Assembly: GCA_963701375.1 (NCBI GenBank) | Contig: CAVOZT010000005.1 | Coordinates: 277,744-341,743, forward strand | Origin: an uncultured Acidimicrobiales bacterium | GTDB taxonomy: Bacteria > Actinomycetota > Acidimicrobiia > Acidimicrobiales > CAVXTF01 | Reading direction: 5' to 3' | Length of the DNA: 64,000 nt | Shown here: positions 62,217 to 64,000 of the stretch, piece by piece | Position numbering within the stretch: the stretch's first letter is position 1 | Layout: every line of letters starts with the position of its first letter | Notes under the pieces: generated by a model | Databases searched by the model: none | Told to the model about the DNA's origin: nothing | The model's input: the letters and a program-made list of their open reading frames with translations, nothing else | Translations under genes and position numbers: made by a program

Positions 62217-62938
62217 TCAGCATCGGTGTTTGCTTCGGTAGTGGTCCCAGACGCGCCGCAACTGAGCCGGACTGCCGACATCTCTCCTGGCAGAGGCGAT
62301 TTCGTCGTCGCCCAAGACTTTGACCTCGAGGCCCGCACTCAAAGCAGAGAGACATATCCGCGCAGATTCCTCCAACAGGAGGGCGCGAGCGCACGCATCT
62401 TCGACTGTCGCATCCACCACGACCCTTCCGTTGCCGCGGAGGAGCACGGCGGATTCGTTGCCCATGACGCGGCAAAGGACCTCGCCTCCTGCCCAGTCGG
62501 AGATCAGTTCCGAGGAGTCCAAGACGGGCACGAGCTTTGGTCCTACCGCACCGAGCGCGTGCACTGGTCTGAGTGGCGCACCGGTGATCGAAAAAACGGT
62601 CAACGCCACGCCGTGGTCGCGAACGATGCCGCCGACATCCGGGCGGTGCCTGTAGATGGCCGCGTGTATGACGGCTTCGACCGGCAGCTTCGACGCGTCG
62701 CCACTGGTCACCTCGAGCGGAGGATTCTCCCCAACTCCGGGTTGGACGTGGAGGAGTTCGCCCGGTGTCACCGCCGACAGACCACTTCGCGGAGTCATCA
62801 CGAACGTACCGGCGTCGAACGCGAGCGCTCACGTGCCCGAAGGCCTCGATCAGACCCTCCCCGCTCAGGATGCGAGACCGCGCTGACGACGGCCGCAGTT
62901 GCGTCGTCGGTGTTCACGTGGCCGTTGACCGATTTCAT
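62217..62938 (-). CDS. Class II aldolase/adducin-fold protein (frameshifts at ~62878 and ~62818)
   Basis: FGHVSAR, E..IH..IY..RPDV, LLRGNG. Confidence 0.8.
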
Positions 62939-63802
62939 GGCTTCCCGACGAAGTCGGCGATCTTCGGATTGACCTCGTCGGGAAGCTCGAACTGCGGGTT
63001 GTGGCCACATTTCTCGAACACGTAAAGCCGAGACCCCGAGATCAGTTCCTCGAGCCGCTCTCCGACCGACGGAGGAGTGACCTTGTCTTCGGCTCCCCAC
63101 ACGAGGAGAGTCGGACAGCCGATGCTCTTCCACTCCTCATCTGTGAGAAGGCTCCGCCGACGCCCAACCTCTGTCTCGTAGAAGGTGAAGGCTTCGAGTC
63201 TGGACTCCCAGTCTCCTAGTTGGTACGCGAGGTAGCGGCACTCGATGTACTCGTCCATCTCGGGACCGCGAGCCATCATTGCGAACTCGAGCCTTGTCTT
63301 GATGGCTTCGAAGCTGCGGTCCGGCATCCCGGCCCTCATCGAGTCGCCAGGGGGACCGTCGGGTATCACGTTCGGCGCGACCGTTCCGATGAGAACCAGC
63401 TTCTCTACCTGGAAGAGCTTGTCGACGGTGGACCGCGCCGCGATTGCTCCGCCGAGAGATTGCCCAACGAGCGTGACGCTTTCGAGGCCGAGTTGCTCGA
63501 TCAAGGCGGCAAGGTGATTCGCGTAGTCGTAGACGTCGTAGGGCCGGTCGGGATATCCCGAGTATCCATGCCAAGGCAGGTCGAACACGATCGTGCGGCC
63601 TACAGGAGCGAGGTACGGGATGCTGCGAATGAATGATTCGAGATGACCGCTCGAGCCGTGTATGAGCACGGTGGCCGTCGGCTCGGAGGATTCACCGTTA
63701 CCCGACCGTCCGGCCTCCAGCACCCGAGTTCGGATGCCGTCGAACGGTCAGCCAATAGAGGCGGGGATTGTCGCCCATGATGCCGTTCCAGAAGGAAGTC
63801 AT
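62935..63802 (-). CDS. Alpha/beta hydrolase, meta-cleavage-product hydrolase-like (frameshift at ~63740)
   Basis: IHG..GH.E.F, GQSLGG, WG.ED, CGHNPQFE; ATGA overlap with the upstream gene. Confidence 0.82.
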
Positions 63803-64000
63803 CCCGGGTGCCCGATCAAAAAGCACTTGTTGGAGTTGAAGGTGTAGGTCTCGACGAACTCGAGGTAGTCGACCGAGGCTTGCGTCGCTTCGAGCGCCCC
63901 TGCCAGAGCGCACCAGTTGAGGACCTCCTGTTGGCCGGCCGCCTCGATGCTGTTGAGGCTGACGTCTCGGAAGGCGCTGTAAGCGCCCGAGCGAAGCGCA
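63799..64000 (-). CDS. LigB-type extradiol ring-cleavage dioxygenase (C-terminal part)
   Basis: Hand translation: ...IEAAGQQEVLNWCALAGA...FVETYTFNSNKCF...; the gene runs off the right edge. Confidence 0.65.
   Translation of the reverse strand, partial: ALRSGAYSAFRDVSLNSIEAAGQQEVLNWCALAGALEATQASVDYLEFVETYTFNSNKCFLIGHPG

Overview
High-GC actinobacterial DNA, most likely Acidimicrobiia (GYWLVASDGGIF repeats, PxRxxDTR repeats, leaderless starts). About 15 single-base frameshifts in otherwise intact genes suggest assembly indel errors. (1) 1-8.1 kb: one giant Sec-signal RHS/YD-repeat polymorphic-toxin gene (>2,600 aa, runs off the left edge, mostly missed by the ORF track) with two nested domain insertions. 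(2) 8.6-18.3 kb: a defence hotspot between a tRNA-Thr(CGT) 3' fragment and a tRNA-Arg(ACG) 3' fragment, built from repeated integrase / cargo / excisionase units. It carries an ApeA-type HEPN nuclease, a nucleotidyltransferase, an AbiE-type type IV TA pair and a ubiquitin-like / DUF6791-ThiF / DUF6527 operon with a LexA (SOS) box on its promoter, the best candidate for an undescribed system here. (3) 18.3-43.5 kb: a second, decaying tRNA-Arg island with mixed cargo. (4) 43.6-64 kb: chromosomal genes, including SWIM/SNF2, GH43, gabT, a phosphonate-monoester-hydrolase/PhnZ/PhnY operon and an unassigned aromatic ring-cleavage operon. All family assignments come from motif recognition by eye; no database searches were run.
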